A stretch of DNA of 64,000 nucleotides from a virus, in IMG/VR virus record IMGVR_UViG_3300032307_000797, one strand, 5' to 3'. Both the position numbers and the translations under genes were made by a program. This document shows positions 50,892 through 61,331 of the stretch, piece by piece (position 1 is the stretch's first letter; every line of letters begins with the position of its first letter). The notes below the pieces were generated by a model. It saw only the letters and a program-made list of their open reading frames with translations. It made no database searches and was not told where the DNA came from.

Positions 50892-52643
50892 ATGCAGAAT
50901 AAAATACCCGAAATAGAGGCGAGGGATATACTGTTAAACTACGAAGGTTTCAATAATCAATTATTAGATTGGAAATTGAAATTCTCAACCGTTAAAAATT
51001 TCCAACTTACTCGTCCTCAATCTGAATACGTCTTAAAATATCATGAGACGGTGCCAAGGGTTGCTCGAAAATATCTTACAATTGCCAAGAATTTCGGTGA
51101 AAAAATGATGGATGAGAAAAAACTAACATCTATCCCCGAAAAGGTTTGGTGTGAAAAATTACTATGTGAAAGTGACAAAGCTTACCACATTTGGGGTAAA
51201 ATAGTTGACACTGAAAAACTATATGCATTTTGGTTACCAAAATCATCAATCATCCAAGAAGAAAAGAAATTAAACAGAGAGGTTGATTATTCACCGTATT
51301 CACATCGAGCACCGATGTCACATCAAAAAGAGGCAATTGAAAAATTACTAGCTAATGACCGATTCATTCTTGCGGATGATATGGGTCTTGGTAAAACAAC
51401 TTCGGCAATCATTGCATCATTAGAAAGTGGTGCAAAAAAGGTTTTAATTATTTGTCCCGCTTCTTTGAAAATTAACTGGTCACGAGAAATTGAAAACTAC
51501 TCTAAAAAGAAAACTTTAATTGTTGAAGGTAGGAAATGGGGTTCCACTTATGATTATTATATCATCAATTATGACATTATAAAGAATTACCACACAACCG
51601 ATAAAACAGAAGATAGTGAAGCTTATAAATTAATCATGAATGAAGGATTTGATTTGGTGATTATTGATGAAGCTCATTACATTTCAAATCCAACGGCACA
51701 GAGAACTAAATTGATAAATGATATTGTTAGACAAATCCCTAAGGTTTGGTTGTTAACAGGTACCCCAATGACATCAAGACCAATCAATTATTATAATTTA
51801 TTAAAGATTGTGAACTCACCAATTGCATTAAATTGGCAAGGATTTGTTAGAAGATATTGTGCGGGATATCAGTTCACTGTTGGAGGTAAAAAAATATGGA
51901 ATACCGGCGGTGCGAGTAATCTCGATGAATTAAGAGACAGAACTAAGAACCTCGTATTAAGAAGGATGAAAACTGATATTCTTGATTTACCTGAGAAGAT
52001 TATTACACCTGTTTTCTTAGATATGAAGAGTACCTTCTATGATGAGGAGTTAGAGGATTTCATGAGGATTACTAAGGACAATAAAAAGAACGAATCAATT
52101 AGTGTAACTCTTAATCGTTTGATGAAGATAAGACAAGTTATTGCATATGAAAAAGTACCATATACTTGTGAATTAATTGATAAGTTCATCGAACAAGGTA
52201 AGAAAGTAATTGTCTTTACAAATTTCACTATGAGTTTGGATATGATACATGAGAAGTACAAGAAAAATTCAGTAACTCTCGATGGCAGAATGTCAAAAGA
52301 AAGAAGACAAGATAGTGTTGATAGATTTCAAAATGATGATAAGATAAAAGTGTTCATTTCAAACATTAAAGCCGGTGGTGTTGGTATTACTCTAACCGCA
52401 GCAGAAACTGTTATTATGAATGACCTTTCATTCGTTCCTTCTGACCATTCACAAGCAGAAGATAGGGCATATAGATATGGACAAAAAAATAGTGTCCTCG
52501 TTTACTATCCTGTATTTGAGAACACTATTGAGATGATTGTTTATAATATCTTACAGAAGAAAAAGAATATTATTGACCAAGTAATGGGTGACGGAGAATA
52601 CTCTGAGAGTTTTGCTCAATCACTTCTTAACGAATTGTTGTAA
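50892..52643 (+). CDS. SNF2-family (SMARCAL1/HARP-like) helicase; start probably ATG 50892
   Basis: LADDMGLGKT, CPASLKINW, IIDEAH, LTGTP, LRRMK, GGVGITLTAA, QAEDRAYRYGQ. Confidence 0.93.
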   Translation: MQNKIPEIEARDILLNYEGFNNQLLDWKLKFSTVKNFQLTRPQSEYVLKYHETVPRVARKYLTIAKNFGEKMMDEKKLTSIPEKVWCEKLLCESDKAYHIWGKIVDTEKLYAFWLPKSSIIQEEKKLNREVDYSPYSHRAPMSHQKEAIEKLLANDRFILADDMGLGKTTSAIIASLESGAKKVLIICPASLKINWSREIENYSKKKTLIVEGRKWGSTYDYYIINYDIIKNYHTTDKTEDSEAYKLIMNEGFDLVIIDEAHYISNPTAQRTKLINDIVRQIPKVWLLTGTPMTSRPINYYNLLKIVNSPIALNWQGFVRRYCAGYQFTVGGKKIWNTGGASNLDELRDRTKNLVLRRMKTDILDLPEKIITPVFLDMKSTFYDEELEDFMRITKDNKKNESISVTLNRLMKIRQVIAYEKVPYTCELIDKFIEQGKKVIVFTNFTMSLDMIHEKYKKNSVTLDGRMSKERRQDSVDRFQNDDKIKVFISNIKAGGVGITLTAAETVIMNDLSFVPSDHSQAEDRAYRYGQKNSVLVYYPVFENTIEMIVYNILQKKKNIIDQVMGDGEYSESFAQSLLNELL

Positions 52644-53822
52644 GAACTCTAAATTTTCTTTTTTAGCTGGACCATCATCGTAGATTTCGATTAACTGTTT
52701 CCACGCGTCAAGAACAACCGATTCATCAAAGTTTTCTTCCTTCTCGGGAAGTAAAAACTTAATTGATTTTTCTAAAATCTCGAACTTAGTTTCGTTTTCT
52801 GAAACATCCATGTCAAATCCGATACCTTGTTTTGAACAGTATTTAAAAAATTCAAAGAACGGTTTTGATTTGAATATTGGACTTATATTTTCTTCCATAA
52901 TAATATCTTTTGAATCGAATGTGTAAGTGTCTTTTGTACCGGTGAAGCTTTTATTAGTTTTCAATAAATCTTCCTTCATTGGTAAAAAAACTAATGTTGT
53001 AGGATTTGGAACATATGTTGGGTCATCTTTAATATCTATTTGTGCCAATACCAAATAATCAACACCCTTCTTTTTGTAGTCCCTTGTGTTTATTGATGTA
53101 TAGATTGTGTTACCACTATAAATCTTCGAGTTTTTAACTTGGAAATTTTTGATGGTTTCAGGACTACTTTTTACGGTTACATATATATCGGTACCTGTAA
53201 TCATATCAGAGAAATCACCTCTTGTTGATGAATTACGATATGTGTTGTACTTATCCTTATATTTTGTTTTGAGTAGGTATTCCGTGGACAACTCACCAAA
53301 AGTTCCCTGTGCCATTGTAAAGTTGGCAATCTCCAAAATCTGATGTAATGGGTCTTCCTTGGTTATTTCATTAAGGTTTTTGAAAATCTTATCACCAAAA
53401 TAATTTATCCAAAAGAAGTAATTGTCAAGTTCGGTACGAATGTACTCGGGGTCTTCAGATTTAGGGTCAAATTCAATTAGTTTTACCTTTCTCCCATCAA
53501 CGTCTTCAATTCCTCGAGCAACAAACTTATTTGAAATCTGTTGGTTTAGATATTGAATTAGAATGTCCTGAGCGGTTGCGTGTGTATTAATTTGGTTCAC
53601 CGCGGACCATGTTTTCTTTGAGGTTAAAACACCCTCAAGACCACTGTCAGGATTTACACCATATTGATTGTGAGGGGTATAAAACTTCTTATATACTTTA
53701 TCCCAATTCTCCTTTAATCTTGGTTTTTCCTTACTATGTACGGTCTCTCTACCCGTACAAATCTTATAGATTCCCGAGGAATACTTGTTTTTATTATATT
53801 TAAACTTATATTGAGGTTTCAC
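52620..53822 (-). CDS. Putative PD-(D/E)xK nuclease-domain protein
   Basis: GTFGELSTE...DMITGTDIYV...FQVKN fits the E...D-x(n)-QxK restriction-like motif. Confidence 0.55.
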   Translation of the reverse strand: MKPQYKFKYNKNKYSSGIYKICTGRETVHSKEKPRLKENWDKVYKKFYTPHNQYGVNPDSGLEGVLTSKKTWSAVNQINTHATAQDILIQYLNQQISNKFVARGIEDVDGRKVKLIEFDPKSEDPEYIRTELDNYFFWINYFGDKIFKNLNEITKEDPLHQILEIANFTMAQGTFGELSTEYLLKTKYKDKYNTYRNSSTRGDFSDMITGTDIYVTVKSSPETIKNFQVKNSKIYSGNTIYTSINTRDYKKKGVDYLVLAQIDIKDDPTYVPNPTTLVFLPMKEDLLKTNKSFTGTKDTYTFDSKDIIMEENISPIFKSKPFFEFFKYCSKQGIGFDMDVSENETKFEILEKSIKFLLPEKEENFDESVVLDAWKQLIEIYDDGPAKKENLEFLQQFVKK

Positions 53823-53873
53823 AAAATATTTCTATGATATGCTAATATACGAATATTTATAGATAAAAACAAT

Positions 53874-54992
53874 ATGGCATCCACAATAATTACGCAACCG
53901 GACAGAGAGAAGTTATATACACAGGTATTCCACCTATTGGGAATGCCCGTTAGAGGTATTGAATTAACAGAAGAACAAATGGATACATTTCTAGAATTAT
54001 CCCTCTCTGAGTATGAACAATATGTAAGTGATTGGTTGATTGAATCTCAATGGTCTGCATTGGCGGGATTGGATGTTGATACACAATCATTAACGAGAGC
54101 TTTTACCACAAGAAGTTTAGATTATGAAACTCAATATACTCACTCATATTCTAAGATAGTAGGTCTTCAGACAGGTGGTAATGCCGAGTTAAAAAAGGAT
54201 TACATATCACTTAGTGCAAATACCCAAACATATGTAATTCCTGCGGGAAGAGAAATAAATGAACTTTTATGGTTTACAAGGGCGGAGTTAACCGATTCGA
54301 TTGTTGACCCATTTTTAGGTGGTTTTGGTGGTCTTGGTGGTGTTGCGTTTGGTGGTGTTGGTGGATTTGCACAAGTTGGTTCATCAGGTTCTTATTTTAT
54401 GTTACCTGCTTATGACTTATTGTTAAGAATGGGAGATAGAAATATTAAAAACCGACTTATTGGTGGTGAATTAACTTATCGAGTTACTGCGGGTCCAAAT
54501 GGAACTAAAATTGTTCATTTACACAATGTACCGGGTGGTAGATTTGATTTTGGTTCCTTACAAAACAATAGACATAAAGTTTGGTATTGGTATTACGACA
54601 CTTTGGCTTTAGATACTTGTTTAGATAAAAATAGTGGCATTATTAAATTACCATCAGACGTAGATACCGAAGAATTGACTTGGGATATGTTAAACAAACC
54701 CGCACAGAATTGGGTTAGAAAATATCTAATTGCGTATGCTAAAGAAGGATTAGCAAGAATTTGGGGTAAATTCTCAGGTGACCTACAAGTTCCTGATAGT
54801 TCAGTAAAACTCGATTACTCCTCACTTCTAACAGAAGCAAAAGATGAGAAATTAAAATTGGCGGAAGAATTGATGCAAAGATTAGAAAGACTTCGTCCCG
54901 AAAAAGTTCTTGAAAGAAAAGGAAACGAAGCTGAGAATCTTAACAAGTCACTAAAATACCGACCAATGCAATCTCCATTCAATGTAATTTAA
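53874..54992 (+). CDS. Neck/head-tail adaptor protein (gp13-like)
   Basis: LLGMPVRGIELTEEQMD...WVRKYLIAYAKEGLARIWGKF...LLTEAKDE; ATATTTAT at 53853-53860. Confidence 0.8.
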   Translation: MASTIITQPDREKLYTQVFHLLGMPVRGIELTEEQMDTFLELSLSEYEQYVSDWLIESQWSALAGLDVDTQSLTRAFTTRSLDYETQYTHSYSKIVGLQTGGNAELKKDYISLSANTQTYVIPAGREINELLWFTRAELTDSIVDPFLGGFGGLGGVAFGGVGGFAQVGSSGSYFMLPAYDLLLRMGDRNIKNRLIGGELTYRVTAGPNGTKIVHLHNVPGGRFDFGSLQNNRHKVWYWYYDTLALDTCLDKNSGIIKLPSDVDTEELTWDMLNKPAQNWVRKYLIAYAKEGLARIWGKFSGDLQVPDSSVKLDYSSLLTEAKDEKLKLAEELMQRLERLRPEKVLERKGNEAENLNKSLKYRPMQSPFNVI

Positions 54993-57886
54993 CTCTCAAC
55001 AGCATGAAATGCAAAATCGTTACCGTTGGTTTCGATTATTTCATCTTCATTACTTTTTGTGCTGGCAACTTGTAGATTTACAACTTTTCTATTGTGGTCA
55101 ACCCAATATTGGTCAACCAATTCAATACTATTCTCCACATACATAAAGAATGGGTCACGTTGTACTCGGTTCCAAAATAACACCTCACTATCTGAAAGTG
55201 TCATAACTTCATCGAACTTATCTTGACCATCACTCTTTAATGGTTGTCCACTTATAAGTTCACATTGAGACTTGGTAAAGTATTGTCTGTCTTTCGGGTC
55301 TTCAACAAGAATATCTTCTCGAATTTCAGGTTTAAACGCACATAATAAAGGTTCGATGCGTTTATTAAAGTTTGTTAGGTATCGTGCAACATTATAATCA
55401 CCTGTTAAGTCAGGATTGTTTACAATATCCTTTTCGGGAATCATATAACAATTGATTAATAAGTAATCATTTGGTATCGGAGTACCATGTTCTTTCATGT
55501 ACTCCTCTTGCATTTTCTTTGTTGGTTTAGAAATCTTCTGAACATCACCGTCGGATTTCTTTATGCCGTTATTAACATAGTAAATCGTTTCACCAAGTCC
55601 CGCAGGATAGTTATTTTGTAATACTAATTCCATGTGTGCTTGACGAGACATTAACGAACCCGATTTAGTGGTTTTCTTAATGTGTTTTTTATAATCATCT
55701 ACTGATTGTTTAACACGTGCTTTGTTGGCGATTTTGGAAAGAGGAATTTCTTTATTATAAATCTTCTCAACGTATTGATAGTACAACTCAACAAAAGAAA
55801 GTCCATCACCATTAAGTAAATGTTTCAATCCCTCATCCAAAAATTCTACAATGTATTGTTGTAGTTTTTTAGATTTAATTGTGTTACCGGTTAACTTAAT
55901 AACCTCTTTACCTTTCTTATTTAATTTGATGATGTAGTTCTTACGAGAAACATTAATACAAGATGGTGCGGTATAATCAATGTCTAATCCCATCTCATTT
56001 CTCATAAAGATGTCGTTAAACTCCGCGGTGTCCGCTTCGATACCTTTATATTCTTTACCCTCATCAACCAATTCATTTAATCCCTTACCGATGTAAGTGT
56101 GTTCATTAATAGTGTCGGGAGTTTCAAAGTTCACACCGTCCGTATCCATTACGAGAGGTTTATAACCTTTCTTCATGAAGAACATAATCATCATACGAAG
56201 ACATTGACGCCCGGTACATGTAATGGTTTCACCCATATTCATATCTCCCCATGGAAACACTTGCGGTGCGGATAATGAACCAAAATATGCGTTGATGAAA
56301 ATCTTGATTGGTAATTGTTTGCGGTCATACATCTCCGCTTGAACGGGGTCAGACGATTTCAATTCACCGGCAAGACGTTTGTACTTAATACGAATGTTAC
56401 GGAAATACTTTAACATCGATTTCTGTACGTGCATTACATCACAATCAGGAAATACATCATACACTAACTGAATTGATGGGTAAAGAGATGCGTAGTCAAA
56501 CTTAACGATGTTCTTTGCGTAACCAACGTTTAACAAACGTGATAATCCACCTGTGATTGCTCGTTTTTCGTCTTTTGCCGGAATGGCAAGATTGTTCTCA
56601 TATGACCACGCCAACATGATAATCTTCCACAGTGTTGCGGTACCCATCGTTGCGATTCTCTCATATGTCGTAGGTACCAACTTCGATAGTAAGAAAGTAG
56701 ATTGTGAGAATGAATCGTCCACAATCATGGTTTCATACAAGTCATCATCAAGATACTGTTCCACAATCTTTCTACCTGGCCACACCTCAAATTTATTCGG
56801 ATATTTTTCAAGTAAACCATCTGTACCGGGTTCACCAATCTTTTTATAGTTACCTGTTTTTGGATTAACATAGTAGCTATCGTTTTCTAAATAAATCTTT
56901 GAAATGTATGCACCATCAACGTAAACACGATTAGGTTTTTCTTTTTCCAAATACTTGGTGATGTACTTCAATCCCCAAGATTTGATTTCAGAGTTGATTG
57001 CTTGTGCTCTTCTAACGGAGTGAGCAATATCGATGATATTAAACCCCCATATAACGTGTTGAGTATATGGTTCAATTTCGTTTGCTAATTTTAATACCCC
57101 TTCTTTTTCCTTCATTCCTTGTGTTGTGAATATTTGTGTTAATCCACTAACATCCACATCCAATATTTTCGCTCGTTTAAGAATAAACGGCCAGTCAAAG
57201 AATGCTGAGTTGTACCCACCAATAATTGTTGGTTTTACTTCTCGTATTAATTCAAAGAATCTCTCAATACATCTTTTTTCACCGTCCTCACCAAATGCGG
57301 GAATTGTTTCTTGTAAACCACGGTTATCTTTAACCCCAATCAAGATAATTTCACTTGATTCTGCCTCCAAACCCGTGGTCTCAATATCGAATACAAATCG
57401 ATGAACTCCCGAATAATCATCAATACCTTTAAAAAGACGTTTCTTTTTCTGTATCAAATATTGTTCAACAGGAGATAGTATAGTAAAAAGAGATTTTGTT
57501 TTTTCACCCCATGGGTCGACACCACCCTGTCTGAAGAAGTTTACCAATTCAGTATAACCTTTCATACACTTAACTAAGTGTGTCATACCATTCTGTAAAC
57601 GTTCATTACCATGGGTTTCCAATTTCTCAATTAGAATACCATACTCACCCATCTTTTTCTTTTGGAGGGCTTTGTTGTTTTGGTAAAAGTTCAAACCACT
57701 TAGGTCACCAACCCAAAGGAATGGTACCAAGGTATCTTGTTTTATAATTTTACCTTTTTCAGGGTCCTGAATTACTTTGAAAATTTTGTTGGTTCTGTAA
57801 TCGTACTCAACCCCCACTATGTATTGTTCGGGGTCCCAACCATTTAAGAAGTTCTCGATAACTTCTTGAGAAATTACTTCTGACAT
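54989..57886 (-). CDS. Family B DNA polymerase with 3'-5' exonuclease
   Basis: FDIETTG, GYNSAFFDW, FDYASLYPS, KIFINAYFG, MDTDG, RKNY. Confidence 0.96.
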   Translation of the reverse strand: MSEVISQEVIENFLNGWDPEQYIVGVEYDYRTNKIFKVIQDPEKGKIIKQDTLVPFLWVGDLSGLNFYQNNKALQKKKMGEYGILIEKLETHGNERLQNGMTHLVKCMKGYTELVNFFRQGGVDPWGEKTKSLFTILSPVEQYLIQKKKRLFKGIDDYSGVHRFVFDIETTGLEAESSEIILIGVKDNRGLQETIPAFGEDGEKRCIERFFELIREVKPTIIGGYNSAFFDWPFILKRAKILDVDVSGLTQIFTTQGMKEKEGVLKLANEIEPYTQHVIWGFNIIDIAHSVRRAQAINSEIKSWGLKYITKYLEKEKPNRVYVDGAYISKIYLENDSYYVNPKTGNYKKIGEPGTDGLLEKYPNKFEVWPGRKIVEQYLDDDLYETMIVDDSFSQSTFLLSKLVPTTYERIATMGTATLWKIIMLAWSYENNLAIPAKDEKRAITGGLSRLLNVGYAKNIVKFDYASLYPSIQLVYDVFPDCDVMHVQKSMLKYFRNIRIKYKRLAGELKSSDPVQAEMYDRKQLPIKIFINAYFGSLSAPQVFPWGDMNMGETITCTGRQCLRMMIMFFMKKGYKPLVMDTDGVNFETPDTINEHTYIGKGLNELVDEGKEYKGIEADTAEFNDIFMRNEMGLDIDYTAPSCINVSRKNYIIKLNKKGKEVIKLTGNTIKSKKLQQYIVEFLDEGLKHLLNGDGLSFVELYYQYVEKIYNKEIPLSKIANKARVKQSVDDYKKHIKKTTKSGSLMSRQAHMELVLQNNYPAGLGETIYYVNNGIKKSDGDVQKISKPTKKMQEEYMKEHGTPIPNDYLLINCYMIPEKDIVNNPDLTGDYNVARYLTNFNKRIEPLLCAFKPEIREDILVEDPKDRQYFTKSQCELISGQPLKSDGQDKFDEVMTLSDSEVLFWNRVQRDPFFMYVENSIELVDQYWVDHNRKVVNLQVASTKSNEDEIIETNGNDFAFHAVES

Positions 57887-57941
57887 AATATATTAGTTGA
57901 CTTATTAGCTTATACCACCGTGGTATAATTTGTCTTACTAA

Positions 57942-57973
57942 CAAATATAAGTAAAAAAAATTGAATTTACAAA
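57942..57973 (-). promoter_or_regulatory. Bacteroidota-type sigma promoter of the DNA polymerase gene
   Basis: TTTG (57973-57970), 20 nt spacer, TATATTTG (57949-57942) matches the -33 TTTG / -7 TAnnTTTG consensus. Confidence 0.7.
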
Positions 57974-58581
57974 ACGGGAGGATAATAATTTTCTTTTAGG
58001 TCATGTTCACTAAAATTCCATCTTTTAATCAGACCTAATTGATACCCATTGAAAAACAATTCTAAATGTTTGTGAAATGCAAACGCGAATGAGTCCACCC
58101 CTGATTTTACTTGTAGGTGTTTTTCTTGTTCTAAACCTCCTAAATAATCGTCAAATATCATCACACCACCATCTTTTAAACAATAAAATGCATTAACCGC
58201 ATCCTCCAAGACATGACACGACATATGACTCCCATCAATATAAACAAAATCAAGAAATTCTTTTGTTTCTCCTTTATGAGTAAACGTTTTAAATGCGTCT
58301 CTTGATTCCCCATGAAACAATGTGATGTTTTCGTAAGGTTCTATATTTGATAAGAGATATTCAGATTGATTTATATCCATTAGATATAGGTGAGAACCTT
58401 CTAAACTACAAAGTCGTTCTCTTATGTAAACAGAAGACGCTCCGTGATAACTCCCAATCTCCAAACAGGTATTTGGTTTATCAAAAAGAAATGATAATGA
58501 TTTATCCCAATTATCTATATGGTCTTTAAACCACATACGTCCATTTTCGGGATAGTTAAAATGAGATGGATATTCAAACAT
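57967..58581 (-). CDS. Class I SAM-dependent methyltransferase (Methyltransf_24-like)
   Basis: LEIGSYHGAS, DFVYIDGSH, LKDGGVMIFDDY. Confidence 0.88.
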   Translation of the reverse strand: MFEYPSHFNYPENGRMWFKDHIDNWDKSLSFLFDKPNTCLEIGSYHGASSVYIRERLCSLEGSHLYLMDINQSEYLLSNIEPYENITLFHGESRDAFKTFTHKGETKEFLDFVYIDGSHMSCHVLEDAVNAFYCLKDGGVMIFDDYLGGLEQEKHLQVKSGVDSFAFAFHKHLELFFNGYQLGLIKRWNFSEHDLKENYYPPVL

Positions 58582-58620
58582 AATTCATATCAATAAATTA
58601 TGATATGAAAAAATAAGTGT

Positions 58621-58989
58621 TTAGTAAATGGTAATGAATAACTTCTCCCTAATTGGTAGGATAAGTTTTGTTGTTGGATTTAAGTTTGTATCGAGGAATT
58701 GAACGGTAATTTTTGCTTCGTATTTCCCAACATTTGAAGTTTGAGCTTCAGTAAACCTATGAACAATATAATATTCATCAGTTGTTTGGTCATATTTTTT
58801 ATTACGGGTAGTAATATTACATTCAGAACTTAAAATTTCAGGTTCCCCATCTTCAATTCTGAACATATCTAAAGTGATATCACAATTCTCTAACATGTCG
58901 TTAAATGACGATTTATCATTCTTACCGTCATCAATTAATCTCATTTTTAGAATTGGTTCACTTGCCCCTTGTCGTATAAAAAATTCCAT
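58621..58989 (-). CDS. Virion protein, BppU N-terminal-like Ig fold
   Basis: FFIRQGASEPIL...TSNVGKYEAKITVQF...LILP; TATTTAT upstream. Confidence 0.6.
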   Translation of the reverse strand: MEFFIRQGASEPILKMRLIDDGKNDKSSFNDMLENCDITLDMFRIEDGEPEILSSECNITTRNKKYDQTTDEYYIVHRFTEAQTSNVGKYEAKITVQFLDTNLNPTTKLILPIREKLFITIY

Positions 58990-59001
58990 ATTTTATAAAT
59001 A

Positions 59002-61053
59002 TTAGTAACAGATATATTGAATTCCCGATGAATTATAGAAGTTGATGGTACGTCCTCCCGTTGACGAATCATATGTGGTTCCATTATCCCATCCATCCTC
59101 AGTTGCATATGTCACATCAAATGTATAGCTATCCACTCCGCCACCTAAGTTCGCGGTTTTACCTGTTATTGTATATGCGACCCAACCACTATTCATGTCC
59201 GGTTCATTATGAATTCTTATGATATCACCGGATGATAATGAACTAAAAAACGTACCCATATTTTGTAATGTAAAAGAAGTAACCGTCAAAGAAACTTTAG
59301 TAACATTTGCTGCCGTTGAATTATTACGTGACCATCCATAACCACCCATACTTGGTTGAGATAATGATATTGGATTTGTTAACCAAGTTTGATTTTGAGT
59401 GTTTACTCCAAAACAACCACTTAAAGTAGGTGTACTTGTTAAAGTTGGTGTCGTCGTTAATGTTGGTGTAATAGTAGGTGTACTTGTTAATGTTGATGTA
59501 CTCGTTAATGTTGGTGTATTTGTTGCCGTTAACGTTGGTGTTGGCGTTGGGGTATTACAATTTATTGTAACAGATTTTGCTAATATAGTTGAAGGGTTAT
59601 TTGTATCCCTTATTACCATCCAATATGTTCCTGTATTGGAACCAATCGCAACACTTAATCCACCCGAAGGCATTTCGGTCCAGTTTGTGTTGTTAAGTGC
59701 GTCGTTTTCAGACGCATAATTACCTAACCCAATTTCATATTGTCCTGAGCCACCCGTGGCACCACTTGCTATGGTATAATTGGGTGATACACAATTATAT
59801 GTTATACTAAAATCAAGTGGTGATAGTGTAGTTGTTAGTGTTGGGGTAACTTCCGGTGTTCCTGTTGGTGTTGGGGTCGATGTTGGTGTTCTTGTTAATG
59901 TGGGTGTGGGTGTTGGTGTTTGTGTAGGTACATTATCCAAAGTTACTCTTAATATATCCGACGTGGTAAATCCTGTTGTAAAATCATATGATATATTTGT
60001 CGGTACAGATGCTGTCGGAGATGTATATAAAAGAACATCATTTCTATATATGTTAATACTATAAGAACCACTACCCCCAACAATAACTGCAATAGACTGA
60101 CCGCTCACAATACCTGAGTGATTAGCATATCCTGTTTGACCTTGAGTTAATGGAAAACTAAAATTCCAACTACTACTAAAACTACTTGTATATAATTGCC
60201 AAGAAACTCCAACAGTATTATTATTTTCTAAAACGATATTATATGTTTGAGAAGTTGTTAATGTTGGTGTGGCAACAGGTTCAGATGTACTCGTAGGGGT
60301 ACTTGTTAATGTTGGTGTCGGAGTTGGTGTTGGACAATCATCGACAGAAGCAATAATACCATTAACAACATATAATAAATTAAATGTATCTAATTTTATA
60401 TAATAACCGTTTGTTCCCGCATAATATGTGGTTAAGGTATCATCATTATATAGTTTATCACCAACCTCAGGTATATAATTTGAAAAATATGCACTGGTAC
60501 CTGCCGTAGAATAACATGTTGCCAATTGTAAACATGACAACGAGTTACATGCTAAAGTTTGGTTATTTACAAAGCTACCTTGTGTGTTTGTTGAAAAACT
60601 TAAATTGGCAAAATAAGCTTGCTCCCCTGAAGAACTAGTAGTATTTGTCAACGTAGGTGTTGGTGTACTCGTTAAAGTTGGTGTTTCGGTTAACGTAGGT
60701 GTACTAGTTGAAGTTACTGTCGGTGTTGGTGTCGGAGTTTCTTCCGATGTTGTGGTTAATGTTGGAGTACTTGTTAATGTTGGTGTCGGAGTTGGGGTAA
60801 TCACATAATGAGTGATGTAAACCTCACACTCTGAAAATGAATTGTATACAATAATTCTATCGGTGTCATTTGGCACTGTAACGGCGATACCTGTTCCAGT
60901 GGTTATACTACTAAGAGCAATCAATGTTGCATCATCAGTGGTGCCATATAATTTGGCAAATTGATATTCTGAGGACCCCGTCGTTGTATAAAATATATCG
61001 TATGGTCCTACCGAATCCCCCTGAGTGATTTTAACATTGAAAAATTTTGACAC
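59002..61053 (-). CDS. Virion/fibre protein with Thr/Pro linkers and multiple small domains
   Basis: 683 aa, four TP tracts, N-terminus similar to the 354 aa protein. Confidence 0.75.
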   Translation of the reverse strand: MSKFFNVKITQGDSVGPYDIFYTTTGSSEYQFAKLYGTTDDATLIALSSITTGTGIAVTVPNDTDRIIVYNSFSECEVYITHYVITPTPTPTLTSTPTLTTTSEETPTPTPTVTSTSTPTLTETPTLTSTPTPTLTNTTSSSGEQAYFANLSFSTNTQGSFVNNQTLACNSLSCLQLATCYSTAGTSAYFSNYIPEVGDKLYNDDTLTTYYAGTNGYYIKLDTFNLLYVVNGIIASVDDCPTPTPTPTLTSTPTSTSEPVATPTLTTSQTYNIVLENNNTVGVSWQLYTSSFSSSWNFSFPLTQGQTGYANHSGIVSGQSIAVIVGGSGSYSINIYRNDVLLYTSPTASVPTNISYDFTTGFTTSDILRVTLDNVPTQTPTPTPTLTRTPTSTPTPTGTPEVTPTLTTTLSPLDFSITYNCVSPNYTIASGATGGSGQYEIGLGNYASENDALNNTNWTEMPSGGLSVAIGSNTGTYWMVIRDTNNPSTILAKSVTINCNTPTPTPTLTATNTPTLTSTSTLTSTPTITPTLTTTPTLTSTPTLSGCFGVNTQNQTWLTNPISLSQPSMGGYGWSRNNSTAANVTKVSLTVTSFTLQNMGTFFSSLSSGDIIRIHNEPDMNSGWVAYTITGKTANLGGGVDSYTFDVTYATEDGWDNGTTYDSSTGGRTINFYNSSGIQYICY

Positions 61054-61074
61054 TTACTGACCTATTTTAATATT

Positions 61075-61317
61075 TTATTTAATTTTTAATATAAATTCGT
61101 TACCGGATAAAAACGGTAATACATCCCCATCCTTTAATTCATCTGACATATAATAAAATTCTTCTTTTACTATTTCAAACGGTAATTTTAATTCATCCTT
61201 AATAACATTTTTAACGTGCTCAACCGTTAACGGTTCATTAGTATGAAATGTCTTTTGAAATCTTTTTACTCTCTCTTTGTTCTTGATGATATTAACATCA
61301 ACATCTATTGTTTTCAT
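61075..61317 (-). CDS. Ubiquitin-like (beta-grasp) small protein without C-terminal GG
   Basis: LTVEHVKNVIKDELKLP vs ubiquitin DTIENVKAKIQDKEGIP; LKDGDVL vs LEDGRTL. Confidence 0.55.
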   Translation of the reverse strand: MKTIDVDVNIIKNKERVKRFQKTFHTNEPLTVEHVKNVIKDELKLPFEIVKEEFYYMSDELKDGDVLPFLSGNEFILKIK

Positions 61318-61331
61318 AATTTATATTTTTT

